This document shows positions 54,401-64,000 of a stretch of DNA of 64,000 nucleotides, one piece after another. The notes beneath the pieces are model-generated. The model saw only the letters and a list, made by a program, of their open reading frames with translations, ran no database searches and was not told the DNA's origin. The position numbers were made by a program, and so were the translations under genes. Each line of letters opens with the position of its first letter. Position 1 is the first letter of the stretch. Source of the stretch: Phoronis australis (taxonomy: Eukaryota; Animalia; Phoronida); NCBI GenBank assembly GCA_002633005.1, contig NMRA01000548.1:62001-126000 (forward strand), given 5' to 3'.

Positions 54401-55610
54401 AGAAAGGGTCCCGTCTGAATGGCTAAACATAATTAAGCTTGGAAAAATGTGACAGTTCATTCAATCGTCGTCTGACCCTGCAAAAAGAGACGTTCCTTAA
54501 TATGAAAGCACAACGTTTATGTCGGTTGCCACGGTTTAACCCTGTCGCCTTCAAATTTTTTTGGGAGCATTTGCCCACCCGCCCNNNNNNNNNNNNCCCA
54601 CCCGCCCCCCCCCCCGCTTCCTACGGCCTTGTAAACAGTGAGTTTCCGTGATTGGTGATTTGTAAAATGGAGTCTTGATCTTAGGATTGTAGCAGCGATC
54701 GTAACAAAAAGTTTCTTAAGAGATCTGTCGAACGAGAATTCATTTGGTCTGTTGTTTCGGTTGTGATAGCAAATGGAACTGTTTTGGAAGTAATGTGTAA
54801 CTTAGTTGTGTAAACACTTGCAATATACTTTCAAGCAGGGTCTTCAAACAGAGTTTTTTTTTAATAGTTCGCACATTGGATTTGTAAGGGCAAAGTAGTG
54901 GGAGTTGGTGATAATTCTTGATGCTCACAATATGATCAAAATATCAATGGAAAAAATTATGTACATGCCCATGCATTGGTTCATGCACCTATGAATACAA
55001 AATAATTTGATTGTTCGCACATTGACGCATGCTGCCCAGCTTAAATATATGCAGACACGGGCGACCATTCCATATTCGTTTGCTAGACTTAAATGTGGCG
55101 ATTCTTCATTATTGATTCGAACTACTTTTCAATAAAACAGTTAATATTCAGTTGAAAACACGTGAACATTTCTCGTTTTGTAACAACAGCCAAGCTTCTA
55201 GCAAATGCTACGTTAAACTTTTGGTCTTTAATTTACTAAAAGTATTTTAAATACTGGAGTTTAATTCCAGCTATTGCCGCAACTCCACGTACAGGCGGCG
55301 TAAATACCATCACATGCTTTTATATTCTATTGTTCTTCTAGGAGATTCCTTCAAATTTCATAACGGGAGATACTTTTCAACAAAGGACGTGGATAACGAC
55401 CATAACTCAGTAAATTGCGGTCTGACTTTTAAAGGCGGATGGTGGTACGGTGATCCTTGTCATCAAGCCAACTTGAATGGTTTGTACTTGTCAGGAAATA
55501 ACAACCAAATGGGAGTAAGTGTGGTTTGGTATCATTTTAGAGGTCTGTACTACTCTTTGCGTAAAACAGAGATGAAAACTCGACCACTTGGCTTCAACAG
55601 TAAAAAATAA
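43742..55610 (+). CDS. Secreted fibrinogen-related domain protein (FReD; ficolin/tachylectin-5-like) with N-terminal signal peptide and PAN/apple-like Cys module
   Basis: Exons 43742-44063 (signal peptide; CFAGC...KCVVINFN...ACDLC), 48567-48685 (DCAEWY...SGVYSI...[13 protein letters not shown]), 49259-49355 ([12 protein letters not shown]...WNEYKQGFG...EYWLG), 52013-52186 (NDELHYVT...ELRIDLEDF), 55342-55610 (FSTKDVDND...C...[18 protein letters not shown]...EMKTRP). Phases 1,0,1,1 join in frame. FReD exons are secure; linkage of exon 1 is inferred from phase and position. Confidence 0.88.
44312..44705. repeat. Degenerate GGCCAGTAC/GTACTGGCC motif array (probable non-autonomous transposon interior)
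   Basis: Many variants of ggccagta(c/t) and gtactgg occur in both orientations across ~400 bp. Confidence 0.55.
48388..48532 (+). repeat. (CA)n microsatellite grading into (CG)n
   Basis: Directly visible; ends ~35 nt upstream of the FReD exon acceptor at 48565-48566. Confidence 0.98.
52874..53150 (+). mobile_element. Tc1/mariner 5' remnant
   Basis: agagtgtgtcccaaaa resembles the TA|CAGGGTGTCCCAAAA TIR. The downstream peptide [16 protein letters not shown] resembles the N-terminal HTH (DUF4817-type) of mariner transposases. Confidence 0.4.
53290..53895 (+). repeat. Old diverged tandem duplication, ~380-bp period
   Basis: catca.t.tc.ttgaga..., tacaagattagctt.taattg, gtcga.tttcg.aga.acataaac occur at ~53300-53520 and again at ~53678-53895. 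Confidence 0.7.
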
Positions 55611-56339
55611 TCCAGTGCTACTGTAACAGAAGAGAAGATTTTGAGGATTGTATGGGGCTAGAAATTTGAAATGAGATTTCAAATTAAAATGGGACTGAGA
55701 TTTTCAAGCAATCCTTAATACATACCAGGTTTTAAGCAGGGCCATGCGAAATGCGCTTAGCGATATTTTGTTTTGGGTGTGTATTCTTACGCACTTACCA
55801 ATACATTGAGATGTTTTTCCCCGGAGTACATGTATTACTCAGAATTCTGCACGGTAACTGGAAGCCCTGTGCGTAGTACTTCTACTAACAACATACTCAG
55901 TTCAGAACTTCATTATGTATTCAGTATGTATGAAGACACAATTAAATCAAATTCTGTAACATAGGGTTTCTCAAACTTTCTTGCTTATAATGTGAATGTA
56001 TGTTGTACGTACAGTAGGTTAAATATTTCTCATGTCAGTGTACTTCGTTTTAACATATTCGGAAATTTATCTCATATCAGGTGTATTTAAATTGAAAAAT
56101 TAAATTAATTATTCAAATTACTACTTGAAATATTGATTTTTGATACATTATTATATTTAACACGGTCTATTGGCATAATCTTATATGTGTGATCGTACTT
56201 ACTTTCCAATGCATTATTTGACATTCCTTGTCTTGTTTTTAATTTTCTAATGCGTTCTCTAGATGACCTTTCCTTTGGCAGAAAAAAAATTAAATCAATT
56301 ACTGAAACTGCACTTGTGTTGTTACAAGTCAACTGTTAA

Positions 56340-56453
56340 CTCACTTTTAGCGACAATGCGCCCGCATCCCAGAGTGTTCAGCTTGGCTATTGATGTAGTG
56401 ATGGACCTGACCAAAAGGTAGCGTCTTGCAGGCGTAACAGCACTAAAAGTGAG
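56340..56453. mobile_element. TTAA-flanked mini-MITE (piggyBac-like termini)
   Basis: ttaa|ctcacttttag ... ctaaaagtgag|ttaa; the perfect inverted repeat extends to 18 bp including flanks (56333-56460). Confidence 0.6.
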
Positions 56454-56579
56454 TTAACAGCTCCAGTATTCCTTCGATATTTATTTCTTTTGTACCATCT
56501 CAACTTGGATGCTCAAAATCTCCATGCTTTGGTATTATCCGTTCTGCGTCTTTAGGAAATCTAGAATCATTCCCTACAT

Positions 56580-56649
56580 CATGGTCGCCGAGCACCGAAA
56601 AAAGAGGGGGGCTATAGCCACCCCAGTTCCCTATGGTGTGCCGCCCATG
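56580..56649 (+). mobile_element. ~70-bp CATG-terminated mini-MITE with 5-bp TSD
   Basis: TACAT|catgg...cccatg|TACAT; homologous to 33269-33339. Confidence 0.7.
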
Positions 56650-57128
56650 TACATAGTTTATTGTACAGTGTATGTTATGACAATACGGAATAAACATATT
56701 TATCTCATTATGCCTCTTTCTCCCTTCTGTGATCTTCACAGGTAATTTACTTGACAGTGGCGACAGGTGCGTGTCCCAGCTGAACTGTATCTAAGTTTGG
56801 AAAAATATCCTAAGCACCGACACATTTTTCTTCACCTATTTGCTAAAATGTTAGTAGTAGATTTCGCATCCAACCACAAAGTAAACGTTTTCCTACAGAA
56901 ACTTTAATTTCAACTGACAGTATACACATAAGTTTAAATTTATCCGATCATTTACAACATCCGGAATTTCAAGTTTTTGGAACCAGAAAGGTGTTTTGTG
57001 CAATGTAATTCTCGAAAAACCAATGAGCGGTCAATAAGTGAAGGTGACATAATTCTATCACATTTGTGGGACCACGCCGTGAAGTGTCTCTCGAGCCGGT
57101 TATCATGTGATCCCGCAAAAGATCTACG

Positions 57129-57582
57129 GGGAGCCGTTGGGGCGGGAAAATGTCGCCGGAAAAATACGAGCGTAATTATGTACATGTACATTACGCCGTT
57201 ATTTACGGCGTAAAATTACGCTCGTGATATAGTTTAAACTTAGTTAAATTTCCAGCAGCTGAAAGTAACTTACCTTCGTGTCTCAGAAAGGAGGACACCT
57301 GTTTCCACGGGAGGCGTAGAAATTCGTCGACAGCACATTCAACAGAAAGCTATCTGCATGTCCATTCGTAGCCATATTGGTTTTTCGTGTATGTTAGGTT
57401 AACACGCATTGGTTTAAATTTGGAACGTTCTTAAGGTATTTCACGAGCGTACGTCATGTAATTTACGGCAACATTTCACCCATTTAATTTACGAGCGTAA
57501 TTTTATTGCAACACTTTTGCAATTTAATTTACGATCGTAATAACTAGCGTAATTTTACGGCGATACTTTTCCGCAACGGCCC
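57129..57582. mobile_element. MITE with GGGCCGTTG-type TIRs (PIF/Harbinger-like) and subterminal TTACGAGCGTAA repeats
   Basis: Left gggagccgttg...aaaatgtcgccggaaaaatacg versus right cgtaattttacggcgatacttttccgcaacggccc. The same ttacgctcgtaatt motif recurs at 46645-47250. Confidence 0.6.
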
Positions 57583-58145
57583 ACCATAGAGATCAACCCA
57601 ATCACTGAGTCAGCCAGCCGACGACCCTATAGGGCAGCAACCTTGGGTCATTTTAAAACAAGTTCGAGTAACCAGTAAAAGAATTATTTCATCTTCACTT
57701 ATTGAACTACTGGATGACTCAAAACATTTAGGGGTACCATAGGATCATAAGCAAGAGCATCGCATGTTACGCAAGAACCATCTACCGGCGAACCTATGAA
57801 TCATACTTTCGAATCCTAACCAGAGAACCTAGAGAGGGAGACAAATTTCTTTGGACGGCCACTGGCTGCCATTGTTGTTTCATGGACCGTAGAGAAGTCG
57901 GGCTGGCGTGTGTGCAATAAACCAATATGGCAAAATATGACAGCTCCAGTCGGTAGAAAAGCAACGGTGTTTTTTGCACTGCTTACGGCTGCAGCAACAG
58001 TTAACTGAAAATTCGTGACTTATGCTTTTTTCGCTTCCCCATAGATTCAAATAAATGATGCTCACGATTGAAACAAAAGATGTTTTTGTGTGAAACTGTT
58101 GCCAGTCAACCATTGAAAGATGGGTGATTTGAACTTAATGTCTTT

Positions 58146-58829
58146 ATCTTGCAGAGTCTTAGTTAGTTTTATCTATTTACGTCATAATAAATGACAATAT
58201 TCGCAATCCTCCTCTTATTTTACTCTGCAACATAGCTCGTGGCGTACCCCGGACAAAATAGATTACGATAAATTAAAATTAACTTGTTAAATGCATTTAT
58301 CGTCATTATTTTGACATTTGTCTCTTTATTTTGATACTAGTCCTTGGGGTTTATTTTGCATTACTCATCTCTATTTATAGCCTCAAAGGACTACTTTTGT
58401 ATTCATACATTTCTCTTCGCGACACCTGATTGGTCGCCCATATTTCCTTTGTTCAGTTCAACGTGGTCTCTCTCATTCAGCCACCTACCTCGTCGTCTAC
58501 AAGACCTACGTTCCTTTTCTGTATTTTTCCCCACCCCGGCCATCCCGGGTGTCGGTTTCACTTTCTCTTTTCTCATATACATTTCCAGTTTTGTGTTCGT
58601 GTTCTGTACTTTTCCTTTAAGCCCTTCAGGCAGTTCTTTTGTTTTGTTCCCTCTTTCAGGGCTATTCATTGTACACGCCAGTGGGCGTTTTGTCCATGCC
58701 CATCTTGCAGAGTCTTAGTTAGTTTTATCTATTTACGTCATAATAAATGACAATATTCGCAATCCTCCTCTTGTTTTACTCTGCAACATAGCTCGTGGCG
58801 TACCCCGGGTAAAATAGATTACGATAAAT
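58146..58829 (+). repeat. Two ~128-bp near-identical direct repeats flanking a 428-bp pyrimidine-rich segment
   Basis: 58146-58273 matches 58702-58829 (atcttgcagagtcttag...gattacgataaat) with about three mismatches. Confidence 0.92.
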
Positions 58830-59759
58830 GTCTTTATTACTGTTTCCTACATTTGATCGCTTGGATGGAAAATTATCGTGAACGGTTTGCATGATTTTGG
58901 GAGCCACTGATTAGTTTATTCTATGCCCATTGATGCTATTTTAGCCTGTTGACGGTTATAACGCAGTTGAAACACTGTATGCGCTTGTCTATAATCATGG
59001 GACCATCAAATTTGAGAAGTAATTATTTGCTTTGAACATGTTCGAAGGTAAAATGCAGTTGACTTTGAGCTTATTTGTATCTACTGTCAATACACAGGGG
59101 ACCCTGTCTCAAGATTTTTTGCTTTCAGTATAACAACAGAGATAGCAGCCCCCAAAGTATCGTTGAAAATTATCACCAGTTTTTATTTTGGGTGGTCGAT
59201 ACCTCCGGTGTTCAAAGCAAAATAAAGATATGAGACACTATACTATTTTACCAATGGGACAATCATAACATAAGAGCAAAATTAACTTTCAGGCTACTTG
59301 ACTCACCTCTATTACCGGTACTTATAAATATATGTTCAAAACTGTTAAAACTGTCAGAAATCAAAAAGCCTGAAAATGGCTGATAGATTTCTCTAACTTG
59401 CACTTAAAATCCATTGAAGAGTTCCCATGCAACTTGCACATTTGAAGCCGAAATAATGCATTTATGAAATGTTGAGTAGCAATGGAAAATGTAGACAACA
59501 CCGTAATGAATTTTTGGCTGAAACTGTTAACAGGTGTTGACAGTTACCATTCTAGCCACTGGATCAGTGCTGAAACGTTTGAAACAGGTTACCTGACACT
59601 CATGTTTTTGGTGAGTCAATAGGAAGTTGTGCCAAAGACCCCCCACTTTGAATCACAGAATTACTCTAATGACAATGAGATTTAAGTAATAACAGTGAAA
59701 TGCTTTCATCTCACAGAAGATGTAACAGTTGTACACAAGCAGGTTACACCAAACTACCA

Positions 59760-61290
59760 ACAGTCAATGCTCTGCTTCATCTGTGTAGCCTGTAGGTCCC
59801 AAAGGGTCGGTAAATATTTTTGAATTGTCCAATCACAACTGGGCAACATGTCTCCCAAGATGTCCATGTTGCCACAAGATAAAATTTCTTCTGTATGCCT
59901 GATACCGAATAGACGCATTCTGATCGGTCTCTGGCCTCGTGCCATCACATCATTTCGTTGCAGTTTGTCGAAGGCAAGTACACCTGCATCCAGACAAAAC
60001 ACTCGAAAATCCTGAAACCATTGGTAAAATATATGTTCATGTTGTTTCAACACTGTTGCAGATTTGATAGGGAACTGAGTAGTAACACTTGTCTCCTGTA
60101 AATGAATTACAAGCAACAACTGGTTGATGAGGGTTGACATCCTGTGCTGGACAATCACAATGTATAGAATTATTGCAGACTATGAACTCACCAATACTTT
60201 TGTAAATTGACATTTGGTTGGTTTTGGATGGGATTTACAACAGAGATTTGATTTGAGTTACTTATCAAAAATATGTTTTTGTAATGAACATAATAATAAT
60301 AATTAACTTTACTTATGGAGGATAAAATACAATAGATATAAAACATGCTTTAGTCAAAGGCTAATATACAGCATGGTCCTCTGTATCAAAAATTAAATTA
60401 AATAAATTATGATATATGAAAAGAGAAATAAAATAAATTAAGTTACATTAAATTAAATAGTATTTACAAATTGGATTTACAGATTGAATTGAAAGTAAAT
60501 AAAAACTTTTATGTGGTATATACATTGGAGCGACAAAAAGGAGGGACAGCTATGACGACCACAGGTAACTAATGAGTTGGTGTCTGAAATTATCATAACG
60601 GTCAGCCTCCTTTAGACTATTTGGCAAGTTGTTCCACTGTTGATTAGCCTGAATAAAGAAGGACTTGGAATAAAACGAAGTTCTGTGTTTAGTCAAAACC
60701 AAATTATTTGAGGTAGAAAATCTTGTCCTGATTTGGTGGCTATTTCGAACAAGTACGAGGTTACGAGATAAATAAGTCGGTACATTATTGTGAAAACACT
60801 TATGCATCCTACACAAACGCCTATACATAAAATATTTGTCAATAGGGAGCCAGCCCAGGCTGTTAAACATATGAGTTGATGGAGTGTTAAAAGGTTCACC
60901 TAGTGAGTTGAATTTGATGGCTGAACATCTGTTTAAATCAATTGGAGACTCCAGCTTAAAGTACCTACAGGTAAGAGTCTTTGCGGTTCTGGTAATATGA
61001 ATATGACCCACCATGAAAATGGAAAATAGAACAAGCTTTCAAAAACTTCTAGACAATTTTGTAAAATGTCCCCCACTAATACGTGTAGTCAATTCTAAAA
61101 ACTTTGTAGTGAGTGAATTTTTAGACAAGATCAGTGAATACTTACAGGTAATAATGTGACTCAGTTAGCAGCTTGCTGCCCACAGCATAGTTTCTTTTTC
61201 AGTTAGAATTTTTTGACACCTGTGACAAGTGCACCGTGGTGGAACTTCTGATGATGCCGGGTAATGATCCAATGAAGTGAGCTCTGGTAG
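59760..61290 (-). pseudogene. P2X7 'ballast'/nanor/KolX-like Cys-rich zinc-domain pseudogene, probably transposon-derived
   Basis: Across frameshifts: PPRCTCHRCQKILTEKE/LCCGQQAAN (61290-61146); DFRVFCLDAGVLAF, NASIRYQAYRRNFILWQHGHLGR, LPSCDWTIQKYLP/DPLG.TGY (60013-59760). These follow the P2X7-like domain pattern CxCxxC..E..CC..F..vCL..VL..R..AYR..W..G.LG..PSC...I...P...YTG. Confidence 0.65.
60291..60899 (-). mobile_element. 5'-truncated LINE (L2/CR1-group) 3' end
   Basis: ORF2 C-terminus PSTHMFNSLGWLPI...PTYLS...HQIRTR...SFFIQANQQWNNLPNSLK...FRHQL (stop at 60550), an AT-rich 3' UTR, and an (ATT)n tail at 60291-60304. Confidence 0.85.
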
Positions 61291-63274
61291 CCTAAACACA
61301 GAGACTACATGTATAGTAAGTTCTCGCATGGCGACATACTACAGTAAGGCTTTCAATTCCTGCCCTCATTCATGCGATGGATTCAATTCTACAGTGAAAG
61401 GAATTCACTGACTACATTCACACCAATGAGAACATTTTTTTAACACTATAACTCTTATTTATAATGATTATAGGATTTATTTGCCAACATTTACAAAGAC
61501 AACCATTGTATGACTATCAGATTTTTCAATAAAATCATCCAAGTATTTGTTTTATAACTGGCATGATACTTTTTCTGTCGTCAAGAAGACTTTCGACTCG
61601 GTTAACCTCTTGAGCTTTTCTTCCAGAAATGTCCCATACCTGAAAAACAGGGAACTTCGCCGTGTGAACGGTGAGGAATCTTTCTGGGGACTGCGGTTTG
61701 GTTGGTGTTTTATGTGGCATGGGTATGAGGATTTGTACTGTGGGCTTTGTATCTGCTGGTCTAGGATAGGGGTTTGGAGTATCGTAGCTTAATATAGAGA
61801 TGCAGCTATTGTTTCAACGCCCTGCCCTAAGTCATGTACTCTGATTTTCACGAAAGACGTCGCTCTAGTCTGTTGGCGACTGGTCTTTCACGGATGGCAC
61901 TTACATTTACAGAAAATCGGGAAAAACGGGTGCGGTGATGAGACCGGATCACGCGAGATCATATCGGTTCGTTTCCGCGCCAAATAAAGGGCAGAAAAAC
62001 CGATCGATATCGTTGTAATTTGAAAGACTTTCGTAGCAATTATGATCATATTTTTGAAAAAAATGGTAATTATAAACTGTGTAATTGAGAAAGTCCGTAT
62101 TTGTCGACTTGTTTATGTACAAAATAAATACTTAAATGCCTTGTCATGACATACTTGGTGAAAGCCTTATCGATGGAATCCCAGAGTGGAATCGTGACGT
62201 ATCCGTGTGATGTTGGGGTATCTCTAGTACTAATTGAAGCAATTTCAAAACGAAAAACATCATTTAAACGGTTTAGTTACCACTAAGTGAACATAAAAGG
62301 TTCACTGTGCGATTAAAATGAAATAAAACTAGCAGAAGAAGCACAGTTGACAGGTCAACTAATTGCGCTATTGACGTTCCCACACTGAACTGCAATTTGT
62401 TTGCTTATTGGCCCTGTACTTCACCAAACTTTTGTAGATCTTTGCTGTGCGCTAATTACAATGCCATAACAGCAACATTTTTTGCGAGACGTTAGTGATG
62501 ATGATAATGATGATGAATAAACTAGTGGTAACGTTTTGTAGTACTGTTCCAATTAGCGATATAATTCAAGGAAATGACCAAGTAGTTTATGCTCAACCAG
62601 AGGATGTGACATCAACAAGTGACGGTGTGAAATGTTGTTAAAACAAGGAATTAGCTCCCAACGTTGCAACTATGGTAATCGAAGAAGGACACATTGTGTT
62701 AGAATGGTGCGTTTAATGCAGATAAAAATACTTTCAATAATATCTATTCGTATCACAACAGGTTTCACAGCACCAAATTTCTATACCTTTTCTAAAACCC
62801 AGAATTTCCAAATCTGAGCCTGGAAGTTTTTTTACGTAAATCTGGGAAAGCTGCCACAAATAATCACAACATACATTCATTCAACGCAGATGTACTAAAT
62901 AAAAAATAAAAATGCCTCTCAAAGGCACCACAACATGGTATTAACAGGGAACCCAGCAGCCCTTTTAGGTCACCCTGAAGTACAAAAACTTGGGGCAGAG
63001 TCGGAAATTCACAGCATTAAAATAAGATTTTCATGAATGATTTTACAGTTAAAATTTCCCTTTAAGTTTTGATTTTTGACAGAGTAACACCATCAGTGAT
63101 AGCGTTATCAAAGCAACAAATGTGCATAGAACGTCATATAGATATGCATTCTCAACCTTAACTACAGTATATATGGGAAATCCAAAATCTATTAATATTT
63201 CAAATGTTTATATAAAGGTAATCCAGTGTTATACATTGACGTTAGTTGCTAAAGACACGATCTTACATGTTCTC

Positions 63275-63399
63275 AGTCGTTATCCCCCTTATCTAGAGCA
63301 CTCGTGGATTTTGGAGAATTATCACCCTCGGGGCTGACGCCCCTCGGGCGATAATTCTCCAAAATCCACTCGGGCTCTAGATAACGGGGGATAACGACT
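63275..63399. repeat. ~125-bp near-perfect palindrome (non-autonomous palindromic element, possibly Crypton-type)
   Basis: agtcgttatccccc.ttatctagagc...gtggattttggagaattatc / gataattctccaaaatccac...gctctagataa.gggggataacgact; the loop contains ccctcggg twice. Confidence 0.85.
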
Positions 63400-64000
63400 T
63401 CGCCATGTAATAATCTATATTTATCATATAGCACAAGTTCCTTTTGTATGTATCCGTCTAACCAATTAAAATATTATTCTTTGATCAAAACCCCTTTAAG
63501 CATATAAAGCGCTGAGATCATTCAGTGGCTAACTCAGTACACGTATGCAACCGATTGTGACTACACATACTCATCATTTCTTGCGAGAAAAACACTCGTA
63601 GCTTACATATCAGAGAGTCTCTCAAGATTTTTAAATCAAAAGCATTATGTCATGACTCTTTAACCACATTGGTACTGCCACTATTATTATCGGCTTCGTT
63701 AACTGAAGTGGACTATTGATATCTGTTGTCACTTTTCATTTCTACCATTCGTCACTGACATTTTCACCAATATAAAGTAAAGCTGGTGTAAACTACCACA
63801 CCATCACTTAAGATCAAAAACTAAACAATAAGTTGTCATCACTTTTACAACCTCTTTTCTTAAACCAGATCCTCTTATAAACAAGAACAGTTATCAATCA
63901 GTTTTACAGTTAACTAACACGGAATTTTAAAAATCAATTACGCAAAAATTCTCCAGGTTCGGACAGTAAATAATTGTTTTGATCAAAGTCGGAGCTTGTC

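Noticed and set aside
60550-61014. 154-aa ORF as a host gene
   Set aside because: A chimera of a truncated LINE ORF2 C-terminus and flanking sequence.
61146-61290. In-frame TGA as selenocysteine/readthrough in a spliced minus-strand gene
   Set aside because: The conserved Cys motifs are split over different frames, indicating pseudogene decay; no SECIS was recognised.

Overview
AT-rich, intron-containing eukaryotic genomic DNA. The gene and repeat content suggests a marine invertebrate; this is inference and the species cannot be determined. There is an assembly gap at 24517-25195 and a 12-N gap at 54585-54596. Four multi-exon protein-coding genes can be reconstructed by hand from GT-AG exons: (1) B3GALNT2-like glycosyltransferase (- strand, ATG 8558, runs off the left edge); (2) an F-box/WD40 protein (+, 10093-17981), head-to-head with B3GALNT2, with an apparent 1-nt frameshift and a tandemly duplicated phase-asymmetric exon; (3) zeta-crystallin/quinone oxidoreductase CRYZ (+, 27861-34149); (4) a secreted fibrinogen-related protein with an N-terminal Cys-rich PAN/apple-like module (+, 43742-55610). 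The rest is decayed mobile DNA: a Ginger1-like Ulp1+PHD remnant facing a BEN-like ORF, a TTAA-flanked Sola3-like transposon, a P2X7-ballast/KolX-like pseudogene interrupted by a LINE 3' end, two tRNA-derived SINE copies, several MITEs, palindromes and tandem duplications. No rRNA, true tRNA or CRISPR array was seen. I cannot demonstrate a new biological system from the sequence alone. The best candidates for follow-up are the PAN-like+FReD protein, the mirror-symmetric bidirectional promoter with paired uORFs, and the Ulp1-PHD/BEN element. Family assignments come from motif recognition, not database searches.
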